A DNA stretch of 64,000 nucleotides from Octopus bimaculoides. Its lineage: Eukaryota. The notes below the pieces were generated by a model. The model searched no databases and was not told where the DNA came from. It was given only the letters and a program-made list of their open reading frames with translations. This document shows, in pieces, positions 63,454 through 64,000 of this stretch. The translations under genes and the position numbers were made by a program. Numbering within the stretch: position 1 is the first letter of the stretch; the number at the start of each line of letters is the position of its first letter. The DNA lies in contig NC_068981.1 in NCBI RefSeq assembly GCF_001194135.2, positions 106,599,628 to 106,663,627 of the forward strand. The letters are read 5' to 3'.

Positions 63454-64000
63454 ATGATACGTATTGCAATAACGTCTATGAGTGCGCGCTCGTATATACA
63501 CTTACGCATGTTTGCAATGCTTTCTTGATTTTGAGCTGTGACTCATTAGAACAGAACATTTGTAAACCATTTACATAGACAGAATATATAAGGATTTTAA
63601 AAATTCTTGTAACGATTTCATCCTGCGAACATATCAACAAAATTATGCTATTTACATAAATACGTTTTCCTGGTATTTCCTGTCTGTGCAAAAAATAGGA
63701 GTTCTTTTGTCCGACCTTAGCCTTCATTTAGCAGAGATCTATAATCGAAGGCGTGCTAATCGTCTCTAGGGCCACAGTGTGTGAATGTTTCTTTCATTTA
63801 AGTTGTAGAGTGTGATCTGAAGGAGAATTTGCTGCTATTTCTCGTAACACGAACGACTATGTGGAAGCTGTTTAACCTCAGGTCAGCCATGATCGAGCAG
63901 ACAAATGATCAGTTATATTATGGTGATGGCCATCTCTCTCTCTTTTTTTTTTACACTTTCAAGATAGTAAGGTGTGATTTTAGGAAAATTTACCTGTTAT

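Overview
AT-rich eukaryotic DNA dominated by transposon remnants, SINEs, microsatellites ((TA)n, (CA)n, (TAA)n, (GAT)n) and several N gaps. The repeat content resembles octopus/coleoid cephalopod genomes (my inference from pattern recall, not a database result). I find no intact protein-coding gene, no true tRNA/rRNA gene and no CRISPR array. DNA transposons: two copies of a non-autonomous mariner with two 5' ends, a maT (DD37D) copy, a Tc1 remnant, a FLYWCH-MULE with TIRs and 9-bp TSD hosting a full-length DD34D mariner, and Helitron pieces. Retroelements: a Gypsy lacking RT/RNase H (carrying a mariner and a CpG-rich solo-LTR-like insert), an ORF1-only LINE-like element with permuted terminal repeats, many RTE fragments (one with a PHD finger in the RT region), R4/Dong-like RLE elements beside (TAA)n tracts, and Penelope-like pieces with hammerhead-like motifs. 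A probable housekeeping promoter and first exon lie near 61.55-61.62 kb. The most notable object is a ~510-bp palindromic insertion at 26395-26904: two head-to-head tRNA-like Pol III heads, each fused via (TAA)n to a Penelope-like tail with a hammerhead-like motif, bounded by a 10-14-bp direct repeat. It may be a SINE-like element mobilised by Penelope machinery. Boundaries are hand-read and approximate unless a TSD or TIR is quoted.
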